From assembly GCF_006345805.1 (NCBI RefSeq), contig NC_043004.1:92132001-92196000 (forward strand): a DNA stretch of 64,000 nucleotides, read 5' to 3'. Both the position numbers and the translations under genes were made by a program. Below are positions 21,211-34,751 of the stretch, one piece after another (positions within the stretch are counted from its first letter, which is position 1; each line of letters opens with the position of its first letter). The notes beneath the pieces were generated by a model, which was given only the letters and a program-made list of their open reading frames with translations, was not told the DNA's origin and did no database searches. The DNA comes from Octopus sinensis. Its lineage: Eukaryota.

Positions 21211-21404
21211 TACCGTCACCATTATTTAAAAAAAAGAACGCAATAGATGTGAGAATGCATTGATCGCTGAATAAAGTACCTTCTGGTATCAAGTCAATAC
21301 CCTCTAAGCTCCGGTTTCAAATTCTGATAGGATTGATTTTGGTCGACTACACAACTCATTCCACTCAAATATGGGACCGGGTGCCTAGATTACGAATGAC
21401 TATT

Positions 21405-21578
21405 GCAGCAGCAACGACAGCAGCAGCCACAGCCGTAGTCGTTGTAGTAGTAGTCGTAGTAGCAGTAGTAGTCGTAGTAGCAGCAGCTGTAGTAGTAGTA
21501 GTCGTAGTAACAGTAGTAGTAGTATTAGTAGTAGTAGTCGTAGTAACAGTAGTAGTAGTATTAGTAGTAGTAGTAGTG

Positions 21579-21624
<46 letters not shown>

Positions 21625-21693
21625 CAGCAGCAGCAGTAGTTGTAGTATTAGTAGTAGCAGCAGTAGTAGCAGCAGCAGCAGCACAGCAGCAGC

Positions 21694-21731
<38 letters not shown>

Positions 21732-22212
21732 AGAAAAGAGAAATTGGCTCCAATTCATCCTTGATCAAGAATATTTCAGCCGAGACCATTCCGCCTTATG
21801 TTGACCTTTTCATTTCATGCATAGTAAATATGGGACCACGTTCTACGCTTTTCCATATTTTTGATAGGCTAGGGTGTTATTCGAAGACAATTTTGGCTGC
21901 TACTTCTAGCCAGTGTATTGAGCTGTTGTGTGACAGCAGCGGCAGTAATATAGTAGTTGTAGTAGAAGTAGTAATAGTAGCAGCAACAGCAGCAGGAACA
22001 GCAACGGCAACAGCTGTAGTCGTAATAGTCGTAACAGCTGTAGTTGTGGGGGTTGTAGCAGTTAAAGTATTAGCAATAGTAATCGTAGCAGCAACAGTAG
22101 TAGTAGTAGTAGTAGTAGTAGTAGTTAAAGTGTTAGCAATAGTAATAGTAGCAGCAACAGTAGTAGTAGTAGTAGTAGTTAAAGTATTAGCAATAGTAAT
22201 CGTAGCAGCAAC

Positions 22213-22284
<72 letters not shown>

Positions 22285-22317
22285 TAAAGAATTAGCAATA
22301 GTAATCGTAGCAGCAAC

Positions 22318-22357
<40 letters not shown>

Positions 22358-22400
22358 ATAATTGTAGTGGTAGTAGTATTTAGTGTAGCTGTGGTATAGG
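21405..22400. repeat. (GTA)/(GCA) trinucleotide low-complexity tracts, including a 4-unit higher-order repeat at 22061-22360
   Basis: A 36-nt unit gttaaagtattagcaatagtaatcgtagcagcaaca followed by variable (gta)n starts at 22061, 22124, 22178 and 22283. Confidence 0.9.
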
Positions 22401-22499
22401 TTATTACTACAACAGTAGCTGCTACAATAACACCATGAACAATAGCTAAGACAACTGCCACCACGTCTACTACTACCGCTACCACTAACACCTCGCGTC

Positions 22500-22680
22500 A
22501 GCGAACCACAACGTAGTTGCCCGATTTGCTAAAAGTAGCTGCTAAATCTCCCTCAAAATCACACCCTACACATCTTAGAATAATGTGATCTTAAGGTTTC
22601 ACTGGACAAAAGAAACAGAACGACTGGTCATGTTTGGAACGCATCTTACCATTGGTCAGCTCGCACTTCACATGAAGATA
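22500..22680 (+). mobile_element. Family-F decayed repeat (also ~780-920 minus, 31900-32160, 33050-33235, 53300-53490, 61620-61870)
   Basis: Recurring motif 'gctagaaatagcagc.aaatctccctcaaa.tcacaccctac'. Confidence 0.5.
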
Positions 22681-22697
22681 TTAAACAATTACAGCTA

Positions 22698-22909
22698 GTG
22701 GTAGAGCGGAGAATCGTTAACATGCCGGACGAAATGCTCAGTGGTATTTCGTCCGTCTTTACGTCCTGAGTTCAAATTCAGCCGAGATCGACTTTACCTT
22801 TCATCCTTTCGGGGTCGATAAATTAAGTACCAGTCAAACACTGATGTCGATGTAATCAGCTATTCCCGTCCCCCACCAAATTTCAGGCCTTGAGCCTTTA
22901 GTAGACAGG

Positions 22910-22945
<36 letters not shown>

Positions 22946-23108
22946 ATTATTCGTCTGTCTTTACGTTCTGAGTTCAAACTCCGCCGAGGTCGACTTTAAG
23001 TTTCATCCTTTCGAGGGTCGATAAAATAAGTACCAGGTGAATACTGGGGTAGATCTAATCGACTCATTCCTCTCACGAAATTGCTGGCCTTGTGCCAAAA
23101 TTTGAAAT
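22698..23108 (+). mobile_element. Family-B dimer joined by (ATT)n
   Basis: Unit 1 spans 22698-22912, then (att)n, then 5'-truncated unit 2 at ~22950-23108. Confidence 0.82.
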
Positions 23109-23410
23109 CATTATTATTAGTAGTAGTAGTAGTAGTAGCAGTTGCAACAGCAGTATTAGTAGCAGTGGCAAATGCAGTATTAGTAGCAGTAGAATTAGCA
23201 GCAGCAGTAGCAGCAGTAGTAGTAGTAGTAGTAGTAGTAGTAGCAGCAGCAGTAGTCGTGGCGGTGGTGGTAATTGTTGCAGCTGCAGCAACAGCAGCAG
23301 TAGGTGTAGTAGCAGCAGAAACAGTGGTCGGAGCACTAGCAGCAGCAACAGCAGCAACAATAGCAATTGCACCATCAGCAACTACAGCATCCTCAGCAAC
23401 AGCAATAGCA
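23109..23410. repeat. (GTA)/(GCA) low-complexity tract
   Basis: Direct inspection. Confidence 0.9.
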
Positions 23411-23439
23411 GAGCGCACAGCACACATACACACCCACAA

Positions 23440-23664
23440 CGTGCGCGTACGCACACACACACACTACACACACACACACATACACACACACATACTACAC
23501 ATGCGCGTGTCTGTCATCGTCATAGCTTTTTGATCGTGTTTTGCCGCAGTAGCGCAAGCACATCGCTCAGGTATTTCACAGTTTCGGTCGAAACACATAA
23601 CAACGGCTACAGCCATTCAGCCACACAGACGCACAATTACACAGCATAAACCCCACAACACAAC

Positions 23665-23728
<64 letters not shown>

Positions 23729-23994
23729 ACACTATACAAACACACCGACTTAAAATGATACACACATTCAACAACACGGCCACCATCACAGTTAAACAAC
23801 ACTATACGATCCCGTCGCAACACACCTCCGCGATAAGACTCAATTACTAGTCTATTACAGACTTAAATTTTATACAATTATATATTATATACACACAGAG
23901 AATATGTACACCAATATTATATATATTCAGTAATACAGTAGACACAGCACCGCCACAGACACATATATACACAAATACGCACATACATTTACCT

Positions 23995-24046
<52 letters not shown>

Positions 24047-24522
24047 GTTTCTTGTTCCTGTGTTCGGAATATTTTCACGGATTATTTTTTTTAAGTCAGT
24101 CGCCTGTTGTTTCGATACGGTATACTGATTTTTTTTTTCTCTTTCTCTTCTTCGGTGTATGAGTGAGTGCGTGTATGTTTGTGAGTCACTCTTGTTCCCC
24201 CTTGCACTCTCAGTTCATTCATTCATTCATACATACATACATCCATACATACATACATACATACATACATACATACATACAATCATACATACGTACATAC
24301 ATACATACATACATACATGCAGACGGACAGAAGGAGAGATAGCAAGGTGCCTAGATAAATAGATTTGGATAGCAGTCTTGTTAGGGCATCTTCGCCGACT
24401 TCGGTAACTTCTAGAAAGAAAGAGAAAGTACGGCAAGGATAGGAAAAACAACAAAACAAAAGAAAACGAACAACAAAATACTCACCATAGTTTATTCCTC
24501 AATCCACACCTCACACTCGACT

Positions 24523-24564
<42 letters not shown>

Positions 24565-24858
24565 TTTTGTGTAAGTGTTGTGTGACACATCTGTCTAGCC
24601 CTGTCTCTCTATTCACGCACACACACAACAATTTGCCGGAACCCTTTGTTCCAAGGCCTTTCTAGATAACTGATTTTTTTTCGAACCAGTGGTGGTCACT
24701 TTGGGGTCAACATACTCTAAACGAAACAAATAGTAGATTAACTGCAATTATACGATGAAATTCACGCATCTCTACATTACTGTAAATTAAATTTGTGCGG
24801 GTTATGAAAGGTTTCGAGCCATCGGTGTCTGAAAAATCTATGTTGTATATGATATATA

Positions 24859-24900
<42 letters not shown>

Positions 24901-25536
24901 CAAATCATAACAAAGAAAAATAAAGAATTTTTTTTTTAAAAAAGAAACTAAAGAAAAAGACATAAAAAAAGGCACCGTCCCTTTCCGACGAGTTAATCCT
25001 CACGTTTGTTTTAAAAAATGTCCATATAGGTTTGCTACCACACTTCCTTGTATTTAGATCATCCGTAAGACGATCGTCATATCATAACTGTTGCATTGCC
25101 TGCTATACGACATTTTATCCTATCTACCATATATTGCACACGCACGCACACACACACACACAAACACACACACACGCACGCACACACACACACACACAGT
25201 TTCACGGACACATGACACAAACATAGAGGCACATACGCACGGACTAACAAATATATATATAAGCTCATTCACACAAACACACAGATTATATATATATATA
25301 CCACACACACACACACCAACACACACACACACACATATATATATTATATATATATATATATATATATCAGCGCACACACGGACACACATGGACTCCCGGA
25401 CTTGGTAGACAGATTGAATATTGGAAATAAGGAATAACTCCAGACATTTGTCTTGACTAACTGTATCTCTCTCCCACCCTTTTTCTCATTATATATATAT
25501 ATATATAATATATATATATTATATATATATATATAT

Positions 25537-25568
<32 letters not shown>

Positions 25569-26699
25569 TAGATAGATACGCATATATACGCCCTTCTTTT
25601 TTTTCTTTGTAATCGCCTCACGCACACACAAAGCATCGACTACAGAGAAAGGATTTTCAAAAAAATAACTTAAGCTCATGGTCATTTGTACTCCTTCTCC
25701 TCCTCCTCATCCTCCTCCTCCTTCGCCTCCTGCTTCTCCTCCTACCCTTCATCACCATCACCATCATCCTCACAATCATCAGCATCACCAGCAGCACTGC
25801 TCTTCAGTAGCAGTTTTGTCACAGAAAGGCGGCGAGCGAACGGTACTCGTTGTCCGTTTATCCGTTCCTCATCTACAAACAACACACACACGCCACATAC
25901 AGACATTCATAGACACACACACACATACACTTATGTATATGTGCATGCACACAAATCCACAAACGTATAGAGCTGCAGATATACATTCATGCAATACCAT
26001 GCATGCATCCATAATCGCTTATTGAAGGCAGTTGTTTAACGTTGAGCATACTTTGAACTCACTACCCCCCTCTCTCTCTCTCTCTCTCTCTCTAATTATC
26101 TGTCTGTCTATCACTTACATCATTTCTTTCACTCACTGTTCTCTCTCTTCCTTTCATTTCACTCACTCTCTTTTTCGTTATATCTCTTTCCGCTTCTCTT
26201 CTCTAGTATCCTGTAACTCTCCGTTTTTCCTCCTTCACGCCGCTGTCTCTCTGTTTTAGTTGCTTCTCCGCTGCTTTTCAATTCGTTTTTCCTCACCCAC
26301 ACGTACTGAACTCGGTTTACATGGTATTATTTTACTACCCCGCCAAAAAAAAAAAAATACGAAAAAGAAAACCAACAAAAGAAAAACAAAAGCAAATTAT
26401 ATACGACAAAAAACACAAAAGAGGAAACAAACAAACAAACAAACAAAAAGCCGTGGATATTACAAACAGTTCAACACCCAAATTGATAAGTAGCACATCC
26501 TTTTGTATCTTACACACACATACACAGAAAATCGCTTATCACAATCGTATACAACGCTCTTTACATTGTGGAACCCATAACATACATGTTTGAGTGTATG
26601 AATGCATGCGTGCGTATTCGGCAGACTATTAAGGTTTAGATAATAGCACCATTCAATTCACATCACTCCTGTTTCATACTTCTGTGATAATTTCACAAC

Positions 26700-26750
<51 letters not shown>

Positions 26751-27927
26751 ACACACACACAAACACACACACACACGTCTATATAGATCGTTCTTAGACC
26801 CCCTCTAAACGCATATTCACATCTATCACACACACACACACATACACACACATACACACACAAACACACACACACACATACGTCTATTTAGATAGTTCTT
26901 AGACCCCTTCTAAACGCATATTCACATCTCACACACACAACACACACACACACACACACACACTTACATGCACACTAGCATTAATATCTACCCACAGACT
27001 TTATGCATACATTCTGGATTCGTCGTTGATGCGGTCTGTGCGACGCACCTGAACGGATTTTTCGGCGCATGTCCATCCTCTAAAAACAACCTGCTCACCT
27101 GCCTGTTACCCAGGTTTTACTTCAATGTTGATCCTTACCCGAAGAAGAAAAAGATGAAAAACACATAGAAATAGTGACAGAGGGAGATAGAGAGAAGAAA
27201 AAAAACACAGAAAGGTGAGAAAGACAAAGTGAGTTTGAGTGAGTGCGTGTGGGGGTGTGGGTGTGTGTTGAGTGTGTGTGAGTGAGTGTGTGCGTGCGTG
27301 CGTGTGAGTGTGAGTGTTTAAGTGTGAGTGAGTGTGTGAGTGTGGTTGAGTGAGTGTGTGTGCTTGAGTGAGTGTGTGAGTGAGTGTTTGAGAGCGTGTG
27401 TGTAGGCGTGTTAGTATGTGAGTGACTGTGTGTGTATGTGTGTGTGTAAGTAAGCACTCAAAACAGTGAAGTGTTTGAGATATTACGAATAACAATAATA
27501 AATCCTCATACGCATATACAAACACAGACACACATACACAAACACACGTTCACACACATATACATACATACATACATATGCGTTTTCTGCGTATACATGC
27601 TCACAAACAAAATCAACAACAACACAACAAAAACAAAAATTACGTCAGCAACTACCACAGCCACCAACAACAACAAAAACAAGAAAGGAAGGAAGGAAGA
27701 AAATACGAAACAAAAATATAATAAACGAAAACAAATGAACAAGAATAAAAAGGAAACGCAATATATCTTTTCTGGATTCGAACCTTGAACAAGTCGTTTC
27801 GGTTATAATTACTGAGAGAAAAAAAACGTGAGGAAGTATAGCAGAAGGGAGATACATGCACATTGAGAATCGAACGTGAATCTCGACGTTGCGAAGACGT
27901 ACTGTGATAGTCCTGCCTTTTATTTTC

Positions 27928-27964
<37 letters not shown>

Positions 27965-28139
27965 TATATTATATTATATTATATTATACGTACATACTAT
28001 ACGTACATAGATATATTCATACATAATTGTATATACAACTATACAACAACGCAACAAGCTCGTATAAACAGATACAGGTTCTGATACACTCGCTCAATAA
28101 CACTGACATATATACACATACATTATATATACACACATC

Positions 28140-28182
<43 letters not shown>

Positions 28183-28686
28183 ATATATATTATATATATA
28201 TATATATATATATGTATATTATATGCCCCAATCCCAAATTGGAAGCGGAGGGAGTCAAAATTTGCGTAAAGGCCAAAAGCAGACCGCGGCGCTGCCCCAC
28301 CAACACGCACACCACTCGCACACAAACATTCGGATGCATGCATGTGCAACAACAAACACGCAAACAACACACGCACACACACACACACACATACACACGT
28401 ACACATACACACAGTGAGACTCGGAGGTGCACATATACCCACCCCACTTTCACACATGCCCTACACAATACGCACGCGGCCAGCAGCCAGACACAGACAT
28501 ACATGTCTTATAGAACCACACAAACACACACATAGATATAAACATAAACACAAACACAAACAACAACAAACAACAACAACAACAACAGCATACACACATA
28601 GACGACTACATACACTGATCAAAGCACAGCACAGCACACCGACAGGTGGCGTCCTTACCATTGTGACTACCACCACCACCACCACC

Positions 28687-28729
<43 letters not shown>

Positions 28730-28781
28730 ATCGGTCTATCCATCTGTCAAGTGGTATTAGCCCTTATCATAACACTCACAA

Positions 28782-28814
<33 letters not shown>

Positions 28815-29561
28815 CATACATATATACATACATACGTACAAATACACAAGTGGTCGCCAAAATTATTACACTAACACCACCACCCCCACCATCATCTCCA
28901 CCTCCACCTCCACCACTAGCCTTGTACTACCACCCCTGCACCTACACTACAAAACTGCCATCGCCCCACCACCCCCCTATCATCAGCATCATTGTCTCAT
29001 TACCGTCCACATCTTCGCCAATAGCAACAAGACCAACCCAGCCTTAAAGGATAACAACAACACTTAACACACATACAAAAACACAAACACGAAATCAAAA
29101 CAAAAACAAACAAACAAACAAGATTGATGATGAGGAAGATGATGATGACGATGATGATGGTGATGAAGATAATGATGATGGTAATCATAATAACTGAACA
29201 AAACAGAAAGGTCTTCTAAAGAAAAGAGCAAAAAACAAAAAACAAAAAAAAACAAAACAAAACAACCCTTCCCTTATCGATACCCTACCCTTCAAACTCC
29301 TGGAAAAAAGGAGGAAAAAATAAATATATATATATAATATATATATATATATATTATTCACACACACCAAGGGCCCTATAGTTTTCATTGTATATTTGGT
29401 GGTTGCCTGCAGTATGATGTGAAGTAAGAGAAAGAAAGAAAAAAAAACCGCCCCTAAATATATATATATATATATATATATTATACTTTACATATGTAAA
29501 TATATATACATATGTATATCGATTTATAGATATACATATATATAAGTGTGTATATATATAT

Positions 29562-29596
<35 letters not shown>

Positions 29597-29688
29597 AAGC
29601 TCAGGAAATAATAATAATTTACAGAAACCACCACAAACCCCATAATCTTTAAAAAAAAGAAATCCTTAAAATCCCAAAGGCTGTAGAA
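23440..29688 (+). promoter_or_regulatory. Putative promoter/5'UTR region of the Kv gene: SINE-free, microsatellite-rich, with small CpG-rich unique islands
   Basis: No family A-F SINE recognised between ~23110 and 30128. CpG-rich patches at ~25825-25865, 27018-27068, 27868-27902 and 28279-28298. Possible acceptor tttacag at 29618-29624. Function is inferred. Confidence 0.35.
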
Positions 29689-30004
29689 ATGGCTAACTAC
29701 CCTCCACTCGATTGCAGCCCCGTGCTGGCTTCTCCCTCCAAAAGTTTGGCTTCAAATGCAATGGCATATATGTCGACCACCCCCAAACGTAGTGGATTCT
29801 TGGGTCAAAGTGGGCCCGACGAAAGGATTACGCTTAACGTTGGAGGCGTCCGTCATGAAACACACGTATCCACATTAAAGAACTGTCCCCAAACTCGTCT
29901 AAGTAAACTTGCGGACATACATAAGCAAACGCACCAAAAGGAGGAATATTTTTTTGATCGCCATCCAGCGGTATTTAATTCAGTTATCGATTTTTATCGA
30001 ACAG
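29689..30004 (+). CDS. First coding exon of a voltage-gated K+ channel, Shaw/Kv3-like (N-terminus + T1/BTB domain, partial)
   Basis: [31 protein letters not shown]...[22 protein letters not shown] matches Shaw-type T1 motifs ([25 protein letters not shown]). Phase-1 donor acag|gtaagg at 30004/30005; the ORF read-through beyond it is intronic. Confidence 0.9.
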
Positions 30005-30127
30005 GTAAGGGTCCATTCCTTATTTTCATATTACGTTTTTCTTTTCCTTCTTTTCTTCTTTTCTTCCATCTTTTACTTGATCTACTCACAACAAATCGCT
30101 CCTAGTACTTTCTTTTTTGAAAACCTA

Positions 30128-30540
30128 GTTTTTATTCTATCGGTCTCATTTGTCGAACCATAAAGTCACGGCGACGTAAACAAAACAACACCGGTTCTCA
30201 AACGGTGACGGGGAACTAACACACACACACACACATTTATATATATACATCTCTCTCTCTCTTTCTCCACACACGCATACACATTCACATACACACACAT
30301 ACACACAAACACACATTGGCTGCAGTCTAATGATTGAGACAAGTAAATGAAAGATAAACGATATATATACCCTGACACCGTAGATTTTTTTCAGTTTCTG
30401 TCAACCGAATCCCCTCACAAGGGTTTGGTCGGTCCTGATCTATTATAGAAGACCCCTACCCAAGATTCCACGCAATAGGACTAAACTTCGTATCAGGTAG
30501 TTGTGAGGCATGCTTCCCGCCAACGAAGTCACGCCTGCTT
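30128..30540 (-). mobile_element. Family-A SINE, decayed, just inside the intron
   Basis: 3' module 'ttattctatcggtctcatttgtcgaacc' plus head 'taggactaaacttcgtatcaggtagttgtgaggcatgc'. Confidence 0.7.
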
Positions 30541-31119
30541 CGTGAAATTTCTTGAAGTTTCCTTGCTGGTCATTGCTCTTGCGAGCGCATTGGTCTAAGT
30601 AAGCAAATTCAGTTTGGAACAGCCTGACTTGTTACTTCAAATCTGTTCGAGGTTCACATTGCCATTTAACATTCTATAGGGGACGAGCATTTACAATAAA
30701 GTACATCTATATAATAAGAATGATAATTAACAGAAAGCACCAACACCCTAAAACCCTCAAAAGTCCTTAAATCGCAAAAGGTGTGAAATACAAGCACTGG
30801 AGGTCAATTTGATCCACTGTTCCCTCTCTCTCAGCAAAATGGGGCGACCTAGTATTCTTCTTGTGGTAGAAATTGCTAAATTAATTATAACTGTTGTTGT
30901 TGCTGGGCGGTGGTCGCATTTTTGCTCTTTTGAGTACTCTTCTCCTCCATCATACTTTTTATCAACTGTTGCACATTTATATATATATAAAGGCGCGCGT
31001 ATTCACAGTGGAATCCATTTATTCTGATGATTCTCAGATGGAGCCTTGTAGATAACCGACTGATAATATTGAATAGAAAACTATAATTTGAGTTTGTTCA
31101 ACACCCATTAATTTCGGTT

Positions 31120-31310
31120 TCAAATTTTGGCATTAGGTCAGCAGCAATTTTAGGCGAAGGGTAAGTCGATGTAATCGACCACAGTGTTCAACTGGTACTT
31201 ATTTTATAGATCCCGAAAGGATGAAAGGCAAAGTCAACCTCGGCGGAATTTGAACTCAGAACGTAAAAGAGCTGAAAGAAATGTCGCTAAACATTTTGCC
31301 GTTTCTCCGC
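31120..31310 (-). mobile_element. Family-B SINE
   Basis: 'cccgaaaggatgaaaggcaaagtcaacctcggcggaatttgaactcagaacg'. Confidence 0.82.
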
Positions 31311-31379
31311 CTTTCAAGACCCACTAATTTCGATAACAATAACTGTTAGGTGCCTTTCACTATATTTACATAGATACAT

Positions 31380-31410
31380 ACCTGCATGCATATATATATA
31401 TATATATATA

Positions 31411-31450
<40 letters not shown>

Positions 31451-31612
31451 ATGTGTACAACTGGCTTCTTTCAATTTTCGTGTACCAAATCCAATCACAA
31501 GGCTTTGATAGAGGCTATAGTAGAAGACACTTGCCCAAGGTGTCACGCAGTGGGACTGGACCCGGACCATTTGATTTGTAAGCAGGCTACTTACCACACA
31601 GCCACTACTGCG
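31380..31612 (-). mobile_element. Family-A head/body with microsatellite (no 3' module)
   Basis: 'agaagacacttgcccaaggtgtcacgcagtgggactgga'. Confidence 0.75.
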
Positions 31613-31633
31613 TTTATATAATATCTATATATA

Positions 31634-31685
<52 letters not shown>

Positions 31686-32199
31686 TTAAACTTAAGACGA
31701 AAGTGAACATGTCCATAATTTGCCACTCCTTAAATTTTAACAACAAGATAGCTAAGAAGTAGTCTTTTAGTTGTTGTCCCTTAACCTGGAGACACTCAAA
31801 GAACATTATTGGGACTAAGACATGATTACAATCAGTGCATATAAATGATTGTCATGGTTAAGTTAAGAGCAAGAGTTAGCGTCCTTTACCTTTGAGGTTT
31901 CTTTCTAACTGGCGAGATGATTACAATTGTAAGTTAACATCTGTAGGAAAAATGTGGCAAGGAAACTCTGCACCCTCGTTGAGTCTTGTAGAAATAGCAA
32001 CCAATTTTACTTCAAATCACACCACCTTATCATCTTACATAGTAAAGAACATGTCAAATAATGTCCTTCTTACTCATATGCAGATGGAATGGTTACGTCT
32101 GAATTTCTTTTGGTTATAAGTCTGCTCATCCAGGTTTGGTTGAGGCGAAGCAGCGACAACCAGAAAAATGAACGGGATAAGTAGACAGTACAATGAATA

Positions 32200-32542
32200 T
32201 GTGAAGGCGCATGGCTCAGTGGTTAGAGCGTAGAGCTTACGATCGTGAGGTTGTGAGTTCGATTCCCGGACCGGGTTACGTGTTGTATTCTTGAGCAAGA
32301 CACTTTATTTCACGTTGCTCCAGTTCACTCAGCTGTAGAAATGAGTTGCGACGTCATTGGTGCCAAGCTGTATCGGCCCCTTTGCCTTTCCCTTGGATAA
32401 CATCAGTGGTGTGGAGAGGGGAGGCTGGTATGCATGGGCAACTGCTAGCCTTCCACAAACAATCTTGCCCTGACTTGTGCCTCGGAGGGTAACTTTCTAG
32501 GTGCAATCCCATGGTCATTCATGACCGAAGGGGGTCTCCACC
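32200..32542 (+). mobile_element. SINE head D + tail T1, full length with 10-bp TSD
   Basis: TSD acaatgaata at 32190-32199 and 32543-32552; tRNA-like boxes A/B. Confidence 0.92.
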
Positions 32543-34394
32543 ACAATGAATAAGGTAAAGGGTTGACAATTCTCGAGAGAGAGGATTCGGCTCTGTGGAC
32601 CGTGAAAGGTATCCGAATGGGTAGGAGACAAGACACAGATGATGAGGGCAGGGAGAGAATTGTTTCCACTGAGTCTGATATGGAATGGTTAGGAACTGGT
32701 TTATGACAGAAGAAGCCCTTAGGGTTTGCATCACCAAAACTAATAGCGACTTAGTGATACTTCCGAATGTGCAAGCCAGTAATTCTTAAATTTTTAACAC
32801 TAAACCTTACTAATCAAGTACAGCGACACCTTAAGGCATAAATACATTCGATGATTGTCTTGGGGGTCTCACGTGTCTAGGGATCCAATTGGGATCTATG
32901 TATGATGCAGCTTGCTGTTAATAAATATTATAGTGACCAGTGAATTTGATTTGTTCGGGGGCCTATATTACTGTTAAGATAGCCCTGTACAAGTGCAAAG
33001 AAGTCAAGCAACGCGAATTGATTAAGAAGCAGTCCTTTATTTTATGAGCTTAAACTTATAAGAAATAGCAGCTCAATGTTATTCAGATCACAACCTACCG
33101 TATTTAAAAAAAGAAACATTGAGTAATGTGATCCTAAGTTCCTTGAAATTTTGATATGGCACAGCTGCTATGTTTCGATCATAGCTCTGTTCCATCAAGG
33201 CCGACTTGGGAGCTAAATCACAGCAACAAGTAGCAAATGGAGTCCATTCGGTCAGCTCGTCGCCTTAATAATAAAAATAATAAGATGACGATGATGAGAT
33301 GGCCATGCTAGAATACTGCTGGTGATCATAGATCCGTTGGATTAGGATTGAGCTGAAACTATGGAACAACAACAAAATCTGCTGTTGTGTGGCATGTTAA
33401 AGAATTGATGATTCTGTTTATTCTCTCCGTGCTCTACATCCTCATCTTCTTTCATAATGGAATAAATTTAACAATTTGTTTGACAAATAAAAATAATCTC
33501 TCCATGAAATATTATTATATTTTTCTTAATCATTCAATGAAGCTGAATGGCTGTTTGAAAACAAAATGGAAAAGCGAAACAACGAAACAACGAAAAAATT
33601 AAAACAAAACAATGAATATTATTTTTAATTATTGTATGATACTTAGTCCATTATGCTTGTTTGAGATTTTACTGGCGAATACTTAAAACCACTAAAATAT
33701 CTAAAATGTTTCCATCTCTATGTCTGTCTCTCTTCGTAACTTCATGTATGTATAAATAAGATAAAGCTATTCTTTCAAACGAATATTAAAGAACCGACTG
33801 TATTTAAGGTTATCCTTTGTATCAAATTTATTTCGTATTTCCTTATTAATTCCCCATTTTCAATTCTGAACAATAGCATTCTTAAAGTCTATTAACGTTT
33901 CAAGCTCTTGTCTGTTTTCTCACCTCAATGAATTGATATTAGGATTGACGTGTTGTCAGCGTGTTTTTCAGTCAGTAGCAAAGGATGACGGGAATACTGT
34001 TATAACAGAATAATCGTCAGCACCGGGTTTGAAATTATACAACGGTTAACTCCTACAAGATGTCATTAATTCACGTGTGCTGTAACTAGGTGAAGGTTTT
34101 TGGCTTCTATTTTGTTGTCAATAAAGCTTCAAGAGTTAATCTATTCCTTTCTTTTTTAAGGCCTGTATGTATGTGTGTATGAGTAAAATTCTGTACAGAA
34201 TGCCAGTGCTATCAATCTTCTTATTTCTCTCTAACTTGATATCGTTACCTGTATTATAATTTGCTGGAATGGTCCTTTGCTGTAAATGCATTGTCAACCG
34301 ACGAGAAAGTGTCGTACTCGTATATAGGTTTAACACTTTGACGCACGAAATGTGCACCTTTCTTGTTTACACAGACACATCTAGGCAATTAACC

Positions 34395-34398
34395 GATC

Positions 34399-34491
<93 letters not shown>

Positions 34492-34522
34492 CTCTCTCTC
34501 TCTCTCTCTCTCTATGTATAAC

Positions 34523-34553
<31 letters not shown>

Positions 34554-34710
34554 AATATATATATGCACACACTTTCTTTCCATCACTCTGTGCGCGCATG
34601 TGTGTACGTCTGTATGCGTGTGTGTACGTGTATATATATATTATATGTGTGTGTGTGTGTGTGGTGTGTGTGTGTGCGTGTGTGTGTGGATGTGTGTGTG
34701 TGGGTTTGTT

Positions 34711-34750
<40 letters not shown>
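34395..34750. repeat. Compound (ATCT)n(CT)n(TA)n(TG)n(GA)n microsatellite
   Basis: Direct inspection. Confidence 0.95.

Positions 34751-34751
<1 letters not shown>

Noticed and set aside
21333-23649. Long poly-V/T/L/S/A ORFs (up to 223 aa), mucin-like
   Set aside because: Stop-free frames of (GTA)/(GCA) trinucleotide tracts; no splice signals or domain evidence.
30005-30105. ORF continuation after YRTG ([11 protein letters not shown]...)
   Set aside because: Follows a canonical GTAAGG donor at the expected phase-1 position and is pyrimidine-rich intron sequence.
32204-32280. tRNA genes at SINE heads (also 38100, 39730, 44556, 47948, 51700)
   Set aside because: Boxes A/B are present but acceptor and anticodon stems do not pair properly, and each continues into a SINE body.
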